Notes: generated by a model not told the origin, from the letters alone. Counted from the stretch's first letter, positions 1 to 13,895 are shown. The stretch: 64,000 bases of DNA from Novakomyces olei (GCA_016906335.1 JADEYG010000002.1:1426001-1490000); one strand, 5' to 3'. Program-made: numbers and translations.

Positions 1-383
1 GTAATGTAAGCCGATTGTTTGCTGACGCTGTTGTAGTTTTTCTCTTGCCCTCACAATTGTTGAGCTGTTTTTTTTTTGTGTTTGGACCCGTTATTTTCCC
101 CCTTATTATTCTCCTCCAGCCTTTGGTTTGAACCTGTCTTTATTCTAATGAGCTAAGGTATGCGGTGGGTGAAGCCTTTGTCGAGCTTTCGCTGGAGGAA
201 ACGCAGCAGAGACTGGAAAGGGGCCGAGAGGAAGCGGCCGATGCTGTCCAAAAAGTACAAGAGGAATTGGACCAAATGGAGCGGGAGATGAAAACGCTCA
301 AGGTAATGTAGCAGCTCTTTTTATTACTCACATTCCAGGGTATTTTATATGGCAAATTCGGAGACCAGATTAATCTTGATTAA
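1..383 (+). CDS. GIM3: Prefoldin subunit 4, 3' part (5' end outside window); introns 6-157 and 303-338
   Basis: Manual splicing gives ...VMYAVGEAFVELSLEETQQRLE...MKTLKGILYGKFGDQINLD*, a typical PFDN4/Gim3 C-terminus. Both introns are GT-AG with branch-like motifs. Not in the ORF track. Confidence 0.85.
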
Positions 384-846
384 GGCATTTATGATAGAGT
401 ATAATTCTTTGATCGATAGATTCTGATAGCATCATATCTTGAGCAAAAGTATTGCGGCACGCGACCTAGACGCCATCTGTTCTCGTTAATGTATCGAAAA
501 TGTATCGAAAACGTGTCTAGATTCTGCTTTGACTGTTGAGTGCAAATATTTAGTATCAAACGAGATTTAGTATTGAACGAGACGAGTATCTAGTGGATTT
601 CTTACATGAATGTGCAAAATAGTAAGGGATAAACACACAAAGTACCAGGGTTAGGGTTAAAGTATAATTTGGTCGCCTACACAAATATCACCTCTGTAGT
701 ACAAGTCATACTAGAGCATCCCATAGTTAGGGTTTTCCCCGGAGGCTTTAGTGCCACGGAAAAAAAGCCATTGATTGATCTAGTGTACACATTTCAAAGG
801 CCATATTAGCCTCTCCTCAACCAATTCCCCAATCGCAGAGCCAACA

Positions 847-1518
847 ATGTTCGGCCTCCGTGCTTACGCTTCTGCTTCCTCTGCGGCATTGCGCTCTTCC
901 GCCACCCGCGGCTCGGGCCGTGCCTTTTCTGCCTTTGCTCCGGCCCGGCAGGCTTCGGTACGGCCTCCGTTGAACTTGGGCGGTCTCGACGGCACTTACG
1001 CTTCGGCCCTTTGGACCGCAGCGGCCAAGGAGAAGTCTCTTGATAAAGTTGAGGCTGCCGTGAATGCTTTGGGAAAACTGGTGGCTCAAGATACGCGGCT
1101 GCAAAGCATTCTATCGAACCCAAGTCTCTCTCATCAGGACAAAGCTTTGGTCGCTGATACACTGGCGGGAAAAGACAAGACGGTACGTAACTTTCTCGAG
1201 ATTGTAGCGGAAAACAATCGTTTGGCTTTGGTTCCGGAGATCGTCAAGGCTTTTGAGCAATTGGTGAGTGCTTCTCGCGGAGAGCTGGAGGTCACTATTA
1301 CCAGCGCTCAGCCATTGGACAACAAGACCGTCACGCGTATTCAAAATGCTGTGCAAAAGTCAAAGTACGGGTCCTCAGCGTCCAAGCTCAAGGTTGCCAA
1401 TCGTGTAGATGAGAATATTATAGGAGGCGTTGTCGTGGAGATTGGTGACCGTACCATCGATTTGTCTGTCTCTAGCCGTCTCGCCAAGATCAACCGTACG
1501 TTGACGGATTCTTTGTAA
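847..1518 (+). CDS. ATP5: Mitochondrial ATP synthase OSCP subunit
   Basis: R/S/A-rich presequence, GLDGTYASALW, ENNRL and IIGGVVVEIGDRTIDLSVSSR; intronless. Confidence 0.95.
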   Translation: MFGLRAYASASSAALRSSATRGSGRAFSAFAPARQASVRPPLNLGGLDGTYASALWTAAAKEKSLDKVEAAVNALGKLVAQDTRLQSILSNPSLSHQDKALVADTLAGKDKTVRNFLEIVAENNRLALVPEIVKAFEQLVSASRGELEVTITSAQPLDNKTVTRIQNAVQKSKYGSSASKLKVANRVDENIIGGVVVEIGDRTIDLSVSSRLAKINRTLTDSL

Positions 1519-1818
1519 GGAGCAAAGCAGCACGTCCAATAACCGTTGACTAGCAAGACATAATTAAAATGTTGTCTTATGATGGAAAGAAACTTTTGTA
1601 TTAATTCCGAGTCACTATTGAATAGATTGATTAGACACAATCAAATTGATGACGCTCGATCTCTGTCATATTTATAGAGTGCAGTGCTAGTAGAAATGCA
1701 TGAAGTTCCATTTGATGCGAGTGCTTTACACTAAGTTGACAGAAGTCCGTTTAATGTATGACTCTGCGTTACGCAGAGAATACGCAGAGAAGAGCGCAAA
1801 TAATAGGTAGTAATAGTA

Positions 1819-1984
<166 letters not shown>

Positions 1985-2028
1985 GAGTAATTTATTCATT
2001 ATCAAACTTTAGCTCCAAAAAATTTGGC

Positions 2029-4046
2029 ATGTCCAAACGTGCAGCTGAGCCGGCCAATGGCGCGGCTAAAGAAGCGCGCGCGGGCAATATCACAGCCACA
2101 GATGGTTCTTTAGGGTCAAGCGACCCGAGCAATACGAATGACGATGAAATGGGAGATTTTGAAGATGCTTGGGCCGAGGACGACGATGAAGATGGCGATT
2201 ATGCTGAAGAAGAGATTGTAGACGTGGCGGCAGCCAGAGACTCTGATTCTGACGAGTCTGCCGTGCAAGTCGAGGATAATGCTGATGATGAAATGGGTAA
2301 GTTTGGAATTTTTCGTGCGAGTCAATTGCAATATAAATTTTATGTTATCTTCTCTATTTTATCGAATCAGGTATATTCAGCGTTTGCCATTTACTAAGCA
2401 CTGCAAACAATGACTGATCAATCTTGTCGTCCTGTCTTTTTTTATATGGCCATTTCCTTTTTCAAACGTTCCGCCCACAACATTTATACGTCTTGCCACA
2501 ATCAGTTTGAATACTGGGTGATACTTGTTCTTTACTCAAGTCTCAAAAAGCACTTGCTCACTCCTTCAACAAACACTTGAATTATTCCAAATGCAAATCA
2601 TCGGCCCTTGATTGCGCTTTATTTTTTTTGGTTGCCTGTTTCTTTCCCATCTTTCATATTTAGTTTTATTATTCGTTATTCCATTTTGATATTACGAAAT
2701 AATTTTAAAATTATATTTTGTCTCTCCAGTACTAACAGGCAGCGGAGCCCACAGAGGCGTACATCCCTGGTGTGTCCAAACTGGGGGAAGACCAAGTTCT
2801 CGTGGCCGACGAGTCTGCATATATAATGCTGCACACACTAAACGTGCAATGGCCCTCGCTCTCCTTCGATATAGTCGCCGACGATTTGGGATGGGAACGC
2901 CGGTCTTTCCCCATGTCGTGTATAATAGTCACAGGGTCACAGGCAAACGAGTCTGCCCACAATGAAATCACAATAGTAAAACTGTCGCGGCTGTCTAAGA
3001 CTCAGCAGCGAAGCGCGGATGAATCCTCTGATTCTGATGATGACAATGACAACGACGACGAAGGACTCGACCCAATCGTAGAATCACGCTCAATCCGTTT
3101 ACGAGCGGCCGTTAATCGTCTGAGGTACTCTTCCGCACTAAAATACGTGGCTGCCTGGCTGGAAGATGGTACTGTTGTCGTTTTTGACATCGCCCAGCAT
3201 GTTAAATCATTGGAAGAGCCGGGCAATTTGATCCCGCAGCAGGCAAACGTGCCTGTTTTCACGGTGAAGAGGCACAAGCAAGAAGGCTTTGCTCTAGCCT
3301 GGACAAGTAACAATAATAACAATAATAGCAATAATAGCAATAACAATAATATGGGCAGTGTACTGCTGACGGGTGACAACGAGGGTAAAATATACGCGAC
3401 CCGCTACGGGGCTGAAGGCAATCGATGGACGACAGACGCGGTCGCCTTTACGGGCCATAAGGGCTCAGTGGAGGATATTGTATGTTCGCCTACAGAGCGC
3501 AATGTGTTTGCCTCGTGTGGATCTGATGGGACTATACGCATATGGAATTTGGCGAGTAAAGACCGGAGTCGGCCCGCGATCACAGTCGATGCTGCCTCGG
3601 TGGATATTAATGTGCTTTCATGGAACCACAAAGTGCCATATCTGATTGCCTCTGGAGCCGACGATGGCCGCTGGGCTGTATGGGATCTGCGGCAGTTTAA
3701 GAGCGCTGCTGCTAACGGCGGTGCGAGCAAACCGGACCCTGTGGCCGCCTTTGACTGGCACAAGGATGCTATCACGAGCATCGAATGGCACCCGTCAGAG
3801 GATTCCGTCTTAGCCGTCTGTGGCTCTGATGACCAAGTAACGCTGTGGGATTTGTCTGTGGAGTTGGACGCTGAAGAGCTGGCGGAAAAGGCTCATGCTG
3901 GCCTGGCGGATGTTCCCTCCCAGCTCATGTTTGTTCATATGGGACAGAGAGATGTGAAGGAGGTTCACTGGCACCCTCAGCTGCCCAGCGTTGCTATTAC
4001 CACGGCAATTACGGGGTTTAATATTTTCAAGAGCATTTCCGTATAA
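2029..4046 (+). CDS. RRB1: WD40 ribosome assembly factor Rrb1/GRWD1; intron 2297-2742
   Basis: Acidic N-terminal exon, then DESAYIMLH...WPSLSFD, HKGSVEDI, ITSIEWHP, PSQLMFVHMGQ, VHWHPQ and GFNIFKSISV. The GTAAGT donor joins in frame to the second AG of TACTAACAGGCAG. Confidence 0.93.
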
Positions 4047-4462
4047 GCATTGCCCTACTAGTGTGGAGCGCACTAGTCGCGTATCAATGAAAAGACAGTC
4101 GTTTGTGTGTACAGGCCCGCAGGGTTTGATACTTTGTAATTAATGTGTGGAGAACGGGTCATTTGCTGTTGAATAAATAATAATTGATAATAAACAGTTG
4201 ATAGTTAATTGATCAATTATTTATTCATTTATTTATCAATGACAAATAAATAATGTGTGGATCAATGACGGACGGGCCCGTGCGTCATAGCTCGACTATA
4301 TTCAGAATCGAATACGAATAACGTCCGCGCATAGTATACGAGCATCATCGTGCCAATTCGGACCAAATATACGATATATACAAACGCCAAACAATATGTA
4401 TGGCGGGCACAATCAAAAGTAAATACATAGTATCTGAAATATATACAGACGAACAATTCCCA

Positions 4463-7400
4463 CTATTCATAAACCTCCCACGCACCATGCAAATGCTGGA
4501 TTCTTCCTTGGCGCAGCCGTTGCTCAATTTCAGCTTGCACTTGCTTAACATCGACGCAGTCACCGTAAACAACATCAATCGCTGTGCTGATAGAATGAAT
4601 GCTGTTTTGTGACGATAAAATCATATCCAAAAGACAATCTGCTCTAACGTCAATTGTTAGGCATAGTTTTGTTCGGGATGCGGGTAGCAGAATGCTAATG
4701 CTCACGGATAATGCTGCCTGCTCTTCGCTATCAGTCTTGCATGATTTGATTTTCATAAAGTATCGTAGTCCCAACAGACGGAATTCGTGAGCAATTCGCT
4801 TTATTCCGCGCGCTGCTTTAATTGCGAGACAAGCCTTGATATTAGTGTATACAAATAATAAAAAGAGCCAATAAAAGAATTAATTGAAAAAAGAGATGCC
4901 CCAAATTAAAGTCCCAAATACCTTTTCCGAAACAGACTTGTTGGCAAAAGTTGTGGTCATGCTTTCGTTAAACACCCGTGTGCATACTGCGCTCAACTGG
5001 ATCGTTAGCCCTTGCTGTCTCTAATCCACCTTTTATATAGTTTTATTCCCTTTATTCGCTTACAATTTCCTCTGTTTGAAATTTACACGGACCAAGGGTC
5101 GTTAAAGACACACGACAAGGAGCAAGCGGACTGACAGCGACCAAAATGCTCTCACAGCCTGCCACAGAAAAAAGGCACTCTCCCTCGCCGGTCACACTAT
5201 GGAAGCAGAGACCAGTAGCCCTCTCGAGCACTTCCAAGCTGCTCCTTGCCTGCTCCACATTACAAGCCTCAGCCTCCCTGTGACTTGCAACAATCGCTTC
5301 CGCAGCTGCAAGGCTTTCCTCTAATTTTGCCACAGTAGCGCAGTCAGTGGCAAAGATCCTATCCTGATCTGCCTGCTCCTGCCTCAGAGCCTGGAGCTGC
5401 TTTTCCCTGTCCGCAATAGAAAGCCTTGCTAGCTCTAATTCATTTTGGCATTTTTGCATTGCCGCCCGATCCAGGCTTTGCAGTTCAAGCTTCCGAGCTT
5501 TAAGGGACGCCACACGCTGCACTAACCATGCATGCCTTTGCTGCACTTGCTGGTAAGGCTCTTTGAGCCGAGCTGAAGTCTCTGACAGAACGGAGGCATC
5601 GCGCTTTAACCCCTGCAAATGATGCTGCAGCCCAGAGCAAAGCCCATGGATGACCTTTGTACGCCATTCATACCAGACTCCATGAGCTTGAGCTCGAGCG
5701 TACGCTTTTATCAGCTTGAACTGATTGCTCATAATCTCTCGGACATCTTGGCCCGCTGCTGAATATTCAGTGAAAAGCTGTGGCGTGTTGTGAGCAATAT
5801 CCTGCTCAATCTGGGAAATGACAGATTTTCCTTCGGCAATGTACTTGCGCAACTCTTTGCAGCTCTGAATTGTTAGAATAAATAATAAATATTAATAAAA
5901 AAATCAAAATAATTATAATTATAATAGTCTTACAAACTGATAAAGTTCCATCTGCGGCAGAGTAACAGAGGCCGCCCGAGCATAGTCCTCGCAACTAGGC
6001 TCATCTGCTTCTTGCGCAAGGCTAATTGCAGTGGTCTGTCTCCGCCGCTTTGTCGTAGTCAATCCGTCCATAAAGCTGATATTTGTCATTTTAAGAAAGC
6101 TGTCGAGCGTGATCGAAGCCGTCTACAATTAGCAAATAGTCTTGCAAGTCAAACAATACCTGTTGAGCGTCAATTGCTTCCTCAGTGTCGACCCTTGGCT
6201 GTCTAATTGTATCGTCTTTTTTAGTAGACACTGGCGATTTAGGCAGTGCATTAAAAACTGGCGCCAAAACTTGTCGCTGAACTGTTTCTGGTTTCCTGTG
6301 AGGCATCGCCTTTTTCGGTGTCAATGACGCGATTTTGGCCTGTAAATCACGGTAGATAATACTGTTTCTACTGTGACTAATATTGTCAGCGTGCCAGGTA
6401 AAATCCTTCTTGTCCACCAGCTCGTTTATTGGGCTGCCTACTGAAAGCCGTCTGGCTGCTTCGGTTTCCGCTATCGACTTGCGTCTTTTCAGAGACTCTA
6501 CGGCTCGCGGAGACCCGAGAGAGTATGTAGTAATAGCCTGATTATTTTGCGCAATTTGTTGCGAATATCGACGGCCTTTTGCTCCCATTATAAAGGGAGA
6601 TTTGCTGCCCAAAAGCGCATCAACAGCCTTCACGCCAGGCCGTTCTTCCCGCCTTGGTGATTTGCCAAGTGCAGGAATCTTTAGTAGCCCCGGCATCCTT
6701 TGTGATGATGTGATCGCGGGCCTAGGGACAACTGCTGTTTCCTCCATTTCAATGTCTTGTTGAGAATTTGACTCTTCTTGCTCTGCATCATCTTGCATTT
6801 TCTCCTCTTTTTGTTCATCATTCTCTTTGTAACTATTATTCTCTCCCGGTAAAGTTTCGTTTGACGAGCCAGCAGAACCAGACTTTTTGTCTTTTGAACT
6901 AGCCAATGCTAGTGTTGGATCTGCCAATGGTGGCGGTCTATAAGTATCCAATGCAGCCTCGTTCTCGTACACTGAAACAGTTTGGTTGAACGGAACAACT
7001 CTTGTAAGGTCCATAGCAACAGCACCGTCCTCTTCTCCATCCAAATCGTGAAAGCGTTCACTTTCCGGAACCAAAGCGGTACCGGCTTTTGCTTCAGTTT
7101 GATCTTGAATGTTGTTATCAGCAAATTGCACAGGGACGCGAGGAACAGCAGCAGTAAGCTCCATATCTTCCGGCCCATCCTCTTCAGCATCCTCCTGGTG
7201 CTCTGTTGAATTAACAAAATTACTGTCGGCCTGCTTAACGACGCTCGTAAACTCCATGGACACTTCAAAGTTTTCATTTTTTTCCTCTTGAGCCTCAACA
7301 CTTTTGTCATTACGATCTTGACGATCGTCTTTTTCCCACACCGAGCGTCTTCGTGTTTGTGACCTCGAAAATGGAAGAATTTGAGTTATTGTCATATCCT

Positions 7401-9148
7401 GCTCGCCCTCGTCGTCCGCCAGACTCGCTGGCTCTGATTGGACGGCTTTATTTAGCAGAGCAGTCATTGGCCGGGTGAGCTCCATTGTCATTTCTTCCTC
7501 CTCTTCTTCAGATTTTTGTTTTTGTTTTCTTAAACTACCAACCGGCCGAGTCAGCTCCATTGTGGCTTCGTCCTCTTGCTCCTCTCCTTGCCGTCTTAAA
7601 TCACCAATAGGTCTGGTAAGTTCCATGGCTACACCCTCCTGATCTTGGTCAAAATTGCCAACAACCCCAGTCAGATCCATTGCCTCTTCCTCTTGCGTCT
7701 CTAAGGGCACCTCTGCATTACGTCTCGTCAATTCTACAGCGTAGCGCCTACTCTGATTATCTGAATCCGGTGCAGTCTCCAGTACTCTGCCAATAGCCTG
7801 TGTAAATTGCATTTCATCGTTCTCCGTGTCTGAATCATCAGCTTCAGCCATTAGTGGCTCTGGGGACAAACGATAAAACATTTCTGTTAGATCCATGGGC
7901 GCTGTATCATCCTTTTCTTCCGATCCCTGTGCAATACTGGTATGCGTTATATCCATAGACGCTTCGCCAGTGTCGCCTTCCTCATCAGATCCGAGAGAAT
8001 GTGATTGCTGTGGAGATTTTATGGCGCTTGCCTTTAGAGGCGACGAGGCTGCATGTTTTGTAGGCGAACTAAACCCTCTTATTGTCCATTCAGCAGCATT
8101 GACAAGCGGACTCTGTGCAAACTTGCGGGGGCTCCGGCGCAAATTTAAGGGAGAGCCTTGCAGGGAAGGCGACCGTTGAAAAGACGGAGAGCCTTGCAGG
8201 GAAGGCGACCGCTGCAAAGGAGATCTTCCTAGGGGAGAGGCTGATGCAGGCGATCCTGGAGACGAATCAGATCTGTCCGGACTGGAACGAGTAGGCGAGG
8301 GAGACTGCTGTTCGCGTTTTTCAAAGAGCCGAACATGAGCATGGCTTGCAAAACTGACGCGCCGCTTGAGAGATCTACGTGCGGCATTGTTTGTTTGCTC
8401 CTCGTCCTGCAGTGCGACACGCGTAACTCCTATTATTGTTTGGTTCTCAAGCCCACCTCGATTTGTCGCCTTTAATATACCCCGGCTCGGTACCTTGAGA
8501 TTAGCCATGTAAACAGAGATGAGAAGAACAAAAGAGGAGAACCTGCAAAAAGACTATCAAACAATAACAATCAAACAATTAACAATCAAACAATTAAAAA
8601 TCAAACAATTAAAAATCAAACAATTAAAAATCAAACAAATAACAATCAAACAAATAACAATCAAACAAATAACAATCAAACAAATAACAATCAAACAAAT
8701 AACAATCAAACAAATAACAATCAAACAAATAACAATCAAACAAATAACAATCAAACAAATAACAATCAAACAAATAACAATCAAACAAATAACAATCAAA
8801 CAAATAACAATCAAACAAATAACAATCAAACAAATAACAATCAAACAAATAACAATCAAACAAATAACAATCAAACAATAAATAAAGTAAGAGTATTACC
8901 GCTATAGACTGTCGTTTCGAAACTTTACGCTCTGCCACGATCGGCTCAGAGGGTTCAACGCCGTCGAGACTTCGTGCGCGTTTGCGGCCGCCCCGCGATC
9001 CCGTTTCTTTTAGCGGCGAAGTTCTAGAAACATTTGGCCTTTTCAGGGGAGAAGCGACTGCCGAAAAAGCCTTGGAAGGCGAAACATTTTCTTTTGCTGC
9101 TATTTGCGCGGCCTTACGCGGCGATCGCCGCGGACTGCTGTGGTCCAT
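4463..9148 (-). CDS. SPC105: Kinetochore scaffold Spc105/Spc7/KNL1, about 6 exons (introns incl. 8494-8899, 6123-6159, 5865-5933)
   Basis: RGILK and RRVSF PP1-docking motifs, about 12 MELT-like repeats, TLDSFLKMTNISFM and YARAQAHGVWYEWR (Spc7 domain) and a coiled coil. Joins ORFs 8624-9148, 6091-8508, 5052-5852 and 4463-4774. Confidence 0.92.
8557..8878. repeat. 15-bp minisatellite (ATCAAACAAATAACA) x about 21 inside SPC105 intron 1
   Basis: Directly visible; a few variant units cluster at the left end. Confidence 0.97.
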
Positions 9149-9751
9149 CGCTGCCTCTATCCTGTTTGTTTATGCGATCCGTATATTATTGTTTACATAT
9201 AATTTCGGTCACGTGACCTGTGTAATTCGTTGGATTACGAGTGGATTTATATAGCAGAATTACATACGCAAGTAATGCTCGTGCAATGGCAATGGTGAAT
9301 TTCGTCTATTATTATTTGCACAAATCAGTGCCAACTGAAACGTTTGGATAAACGTGAGCGATTCCTTTAAAATCTTTTGCCTTTAAATTATTTGAGTACA
9401 ATTTGTTTTGACTTTACGGATTCTTTTGGCTCAAGTCGGCGGGGATATACTGCGCGTCCAGTTGTATAGAGAATTAAATACCCTAAAGCATACTTCAGCT
9501 TTGGCATGAAAACCGCTAACGGTTCTGTGTAGTGTTTAATCCAACAATTTTAAAGCTGAAGTACGTAATCATACAAGATCTATTCATAATTTTGTTTCAG
9601 TTCCGGGTATAGAGAGTGTGCCAAAGACTGCAACGTACGCCTCTGAAAAAATACAAAATAAGAGAACAATAGTATCACAACAATAAAACGACGAAAAAGA
9701 AATGAAAAGAAATGGAATAAAACTAATGCTGAACAAAACTGTCTATTTATA

Positions 9752-11290
9752 TCAATTAAACGTCGCGTTTGATCGTATTCCACTTCCGCCAACCGCGCTT
9801 TCAGGCGCAGTAACTGAACTGGTCGTGCGTATGAGACCACTCAACAAAAGTGTTCCTGTCCCACGATTTGTAGGCGACGGGACCAGGGTCCGAGATCTCG
9901 TAACTTTCAAGCTGGTGCCCGTTCCGATTTCAAGATTGTCAGTGCGAATAGTTCCGGTCAGGAGAGGCTGTGTTTCAATGGAAGAGTTTTCGTGTCCAAC
10001 TCTTATTGGCGGAGTAGTATTAGCCGGCTCCGGCTCCGGTAACGCTGAACCTGCTCTTGGCCCTGTCATTATCATATAAACCCCACAGTATGTGAGCAGA
10101 CATCCCAATACGAAAAAGACTCCTGACTGTACTGAAATATGCTCGAAATCACGATAAAGAATGGCAGATCCGATGATTGTCGATATAGTGAAAAGGACAA
10201 ATTGGGTCGGGATGACTTGAGTAGCGTCAAAGGTTTGTAGCGCCTTGTTAAGGTACCGAATTTGTAGCACTGCCGTAATAACCACGACGCCAATGAGAAG
10301 GTACGCAATATCGTATTCGAGTGCTTTGAAAAGCAGTCTGCTAAGCAGGCTGCTTATGCCTTTAGTCGCAAGAGCTGTATAGCCGCCTGCAAAGGTTAGA
10401 TTTGGGTTTGGAACAGTATACAAATCTCTTTCACATTTTTCCTTCCTTCCTTGTATCTTTTATTTTTAATCATTATTGGTAATACTATCTTTTCTTGACG
10501 CTTAGAGCACAGTGATTTGTATTGATCTTTCTTTTTATAATCCCCGTTTCGTGTACATACCAAATATTGCTACAAGGGCAAGGTCGATAACGAGATAGTG
10601 CTGGCCATAGACGCGTGAAAGCACCAGCAGTATAATAACCGCCAGTGATTCCACACAAAAGTATATCAGAAAAGGCGTGGCCGTAATTAACCGCCATATA
10701 GCATCTGGATCAAGCTAAATAAAGTATTAGTTGCATCAATAAAATACAATAAAAAGTACATTTGGCTCGTTACTGTTTGCCGAGAGAATTACAAAGACAG
10801 CCCCGACAGAAGCTACCAGCATTCCCGCCCAATCGCGCCATCGCGATTGTTCACCCACAAGGTATGGCGATATTATAGCGTTGGAGATAATCGTCACCGT
10901 TCCCAGTGGCGCGACAATAGAAGCCGGAGCAAATCCATAAGCGAGGAAATTGCCCTTTATTGTTAGAAACTCGCCAGCAAACAATATTCAAGTAAAACCG
11001 CTTACCGTTTCACCAATCGTCATTAAAATTATACCGAGCCACCATAGCCAGCTTTGTAAGTAAGGCTTGTTTGATCGCTCGAGGCGAACGTGCGCGAGCC
11101 GCTGTGTATTCAACGCTACCGATACGACCAAATTTCCACATATTGAAATGATAATGCCAACGAAAATATGGCTTTACAAGTGTTCATTTAGCACGGCTGA
11201 AAAGAGCTCAAAACCAAAAATCAAAAGAAAATAAACTTACCTACTGCCGGGTGGATCGCCACCATCGTCCCTGCTTTCATAAATCGCCAT
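9752..11290 (-). CDS. NIPA-family (DUF803) magnesium transporter, about 5 exons
   Basis: Spliced product contains GIIISICGNLVVSVALNTQR, YLQSWLWWLG, GNFLAYGFAPASIVAPLG, YLNKALQTFD and IIGSAILYRDF. Confidence 0.88.
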
Positions 11291-11812
11291 GTGCCTTTTG
11301 GCTCTCCCGATTTACATTATTTATTTCGAAATGTGGGTTTCGAGAATATTACAAACCAATATTTTATATCCGATGTACCATATTTTATGACTCTCGTCAC
11401 ACTGTATTTGGTTATCAGAATACTATGCACTGTTTCACAAGCAACGCTAAATGTCATGTTCAGACGTAATTTTATCAAATTATACTCTGTATTATCCTCT
11501 TAGTATTATACTAAATTTAATAAAACTATCGATCGAGTGAGTCTTGACGCAACTAATTGTCACCTTTTAGCTAGGCAAAGGGCCCTTCTTGGGCATTTCA
11601 TGTTTGAATAATTATTATTATTACTTGTATCATATACCAGAGTCATTAGGAAGTAGGTAAGCCCAGATCGGTTACTGTCAGACAACCCGCAGACTCGTAT
11701 CAGAAAGGAATACCTTTTAAACAAGTATTGGGCACCAAATCTAGTTTGTAAATATTTTTGTGCTGCTAGTTTCTGTATCAATGCGCAATTTGCACTTTTC
11801 CTTGAGCGGCTA

Positions 11813-12601
11813 CTATGCAGGTAGCTCGAATTTGACACCTTTCATGACGGTGTTGTAATAGACGTAGAAAAAATCTGTGTATAGAACCGTTTGTATGATC
11901 CCTGCTACAACGGCAATAGGATCAACAAAGCCTTCGGCAAAGTATCGGTAGACCCAATTGGGGATGTAGAGAGCTCTATAGAGGCCAAGAGCCACGAGGT
12001 AGTGGACTGTCAACGTATCGCCTTCCCCAGTTCTTTGCAATAGTAAGAGCTGTGGCAAAATTGCCACACTCTCCAGCCAAATCGAAAAGGACCATAATAT
12101 CTAAAAAGCATGAGTCTTGAAAGAGCCATTATTATCAATTACCTCTGTGACACTGTAGGCATAGTTGAAAATAAGGCTCATGACTAGCGCACCTCCAAGT
12201 AAATACTCGATTCGAAACATATCGATCTTGTTATCGTTGGTCGGCCGGAACCGTCCAACCATAAGATAGATGACATAGCCTTGGCTGAGGATGAAGAGAA
12301 CTTTCATTATCGTATTGTACACGGAAACATACGACCATATCAAGTCTGTATCGTTTAGCCCCATGGAAAACGATAAAATTCATATTGTCGAGCTTACCGC
12401 AGTATCGCGTAACGTAGACCGTGAAAAACAGTATCTGCGACTTGAGCGAGATTCCCGAGCACGATCTAGACTGTCGCATTTTCTGTAGCAAAAGAAAAAT
12501 GCTCGCCAAATGCGAGAGGTCACCTGGAGAAATCGCATTGTGTCAGTTTTTGCATTTTGCTTTCCGGAAAGAATCGTACCAAGAAATCTAAAGATGTTCA
12601 T
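11813..12601 (-). CDS. ERD2: HDEL/KDEL receptor, 4 exons
   Basis: [52 protein letters not shown] and a FELPA end. Confidence 0.95.
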
Positions 12602-13000
12602 CCTGCGTTTCAAATTATGCAATAAGCACCTTTCCTAGATGGGAATCTCCTGCCGCCGTCAATGGCTCACTACTCTGCCACCACCACCTGCAACGTGGCT
12701 AATCGATGCGGTAATTACGACTGGAATACCAACACGTATTGTCGAATTTGTGCCATTTATCAAAATAACACGATAAATACCCATATAATACACGTATTTT
12801 CGATACATTATATAAAAAAAAAGAATCAGTTCACAGTAATAGTGAATATTTGTCATCTCTGCGTCTAAAGATAATAAATAAATCTAAAATTCATAAATAA
12901 ATTCACAAGATTAGGCTAAATTGATCTGTAATTATAACTCATTTAATTGTTTATTTTTATTATAATCCAGAGCCAGGCGAGAGAAAGTGATTTGGGCGTG

Positions 13001-13895
13001 ATGAGCTTGGCGCACGAGCGCTCTCGTGATTATTTGGAGACAGGCGAACGCTATACTCCACACGGTACGCTATAATTGATAGCAAAAAAATTAACATTGG
13101 ACAGGGCGCGAAGGCGATACACGAAAAAGACGCAGAGACGATGACGATAGGCGACGTGTAAGAGGAGGCGACCGCTTTGCAGAGAGAAAAGGTGATCATT
13201 ATAGTGACAGAAGGAGGTCAAAAGAACGAGGTGGCAGGGATGATAGAGGGGATAGATCGAGAGACGGGGCCCGCGATATAGACAGGGACAGAGAAAGATC
13301 AGGCAGGCCGAGGGAGAGATCAAGAGAACGGGACAGAGAAAAGGAAAGGAATACAGGCGAAAGACGAGAGAGGGACAGGAGGAGAGACAGGGAAAGAGAC
13401 CGGGGCAGAGCTGACGACCGATACCGGGACGAAAGACGAGAAAGGGGTACGAGACGCGACCGTGAAGACAGATCAGATTTAGTCGACGATCGTGAGAGGA
13501 GCGATAGACGGGAAGCTGACAGAGCATCAAGCGGGTACTCCAAACGTGAAGAACAGGATGCCTATGGGCGTGATATGAGTTTGCGTGAGGACTCGTATCG
13601 AAGCAGAGATCAAAGCCGTAGCAGATCGCCGCCAGTAGCGCCTTGGCGTTCAAGGCAAATGTCTCCCAATAGTAACAAAAATAGAAAAGTAGAGAAAGCT
13701 CTTCCAGAACCTGGTGATGGAGATGGAGAAGTGGATGAGCAGGCGATGATGGCTCAGATGATGGGGTTTACAGGGTTCGGTACTACGGCGGGAAAGAAGC
13801 ATGCAGAAGTCGGTGCGGCGGACCAGCGTAAGCAGTCAAAGTACCGTCAGTATATGAATCGTCCCGGTGGGTTTAATAAATTGCTACCGTCGTGA
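13001..13895 (+). CDS. U4/U6.U5 tri-snRNP 27-kDa protein (SNRNP27-like); intron 13065-13104
   Basis: R/D/E-rich body is in frame with C-terminal MMGFTGFGTTAGKKH...KYRQYMNRPGGFNKLL (DUF1777-type). Confidence 0.88.

Noticed and set aside
1..36. Possible nested (stwintron-like) intron GTAAT|GTAAGC...CTGAC...TAG
   Set aside because: Bases 1-5 read as coding (GTA AT + G = Val-Met) with a single intron 6-157. Use of the internal AG would give a 31-nt intron and a truncated protein.
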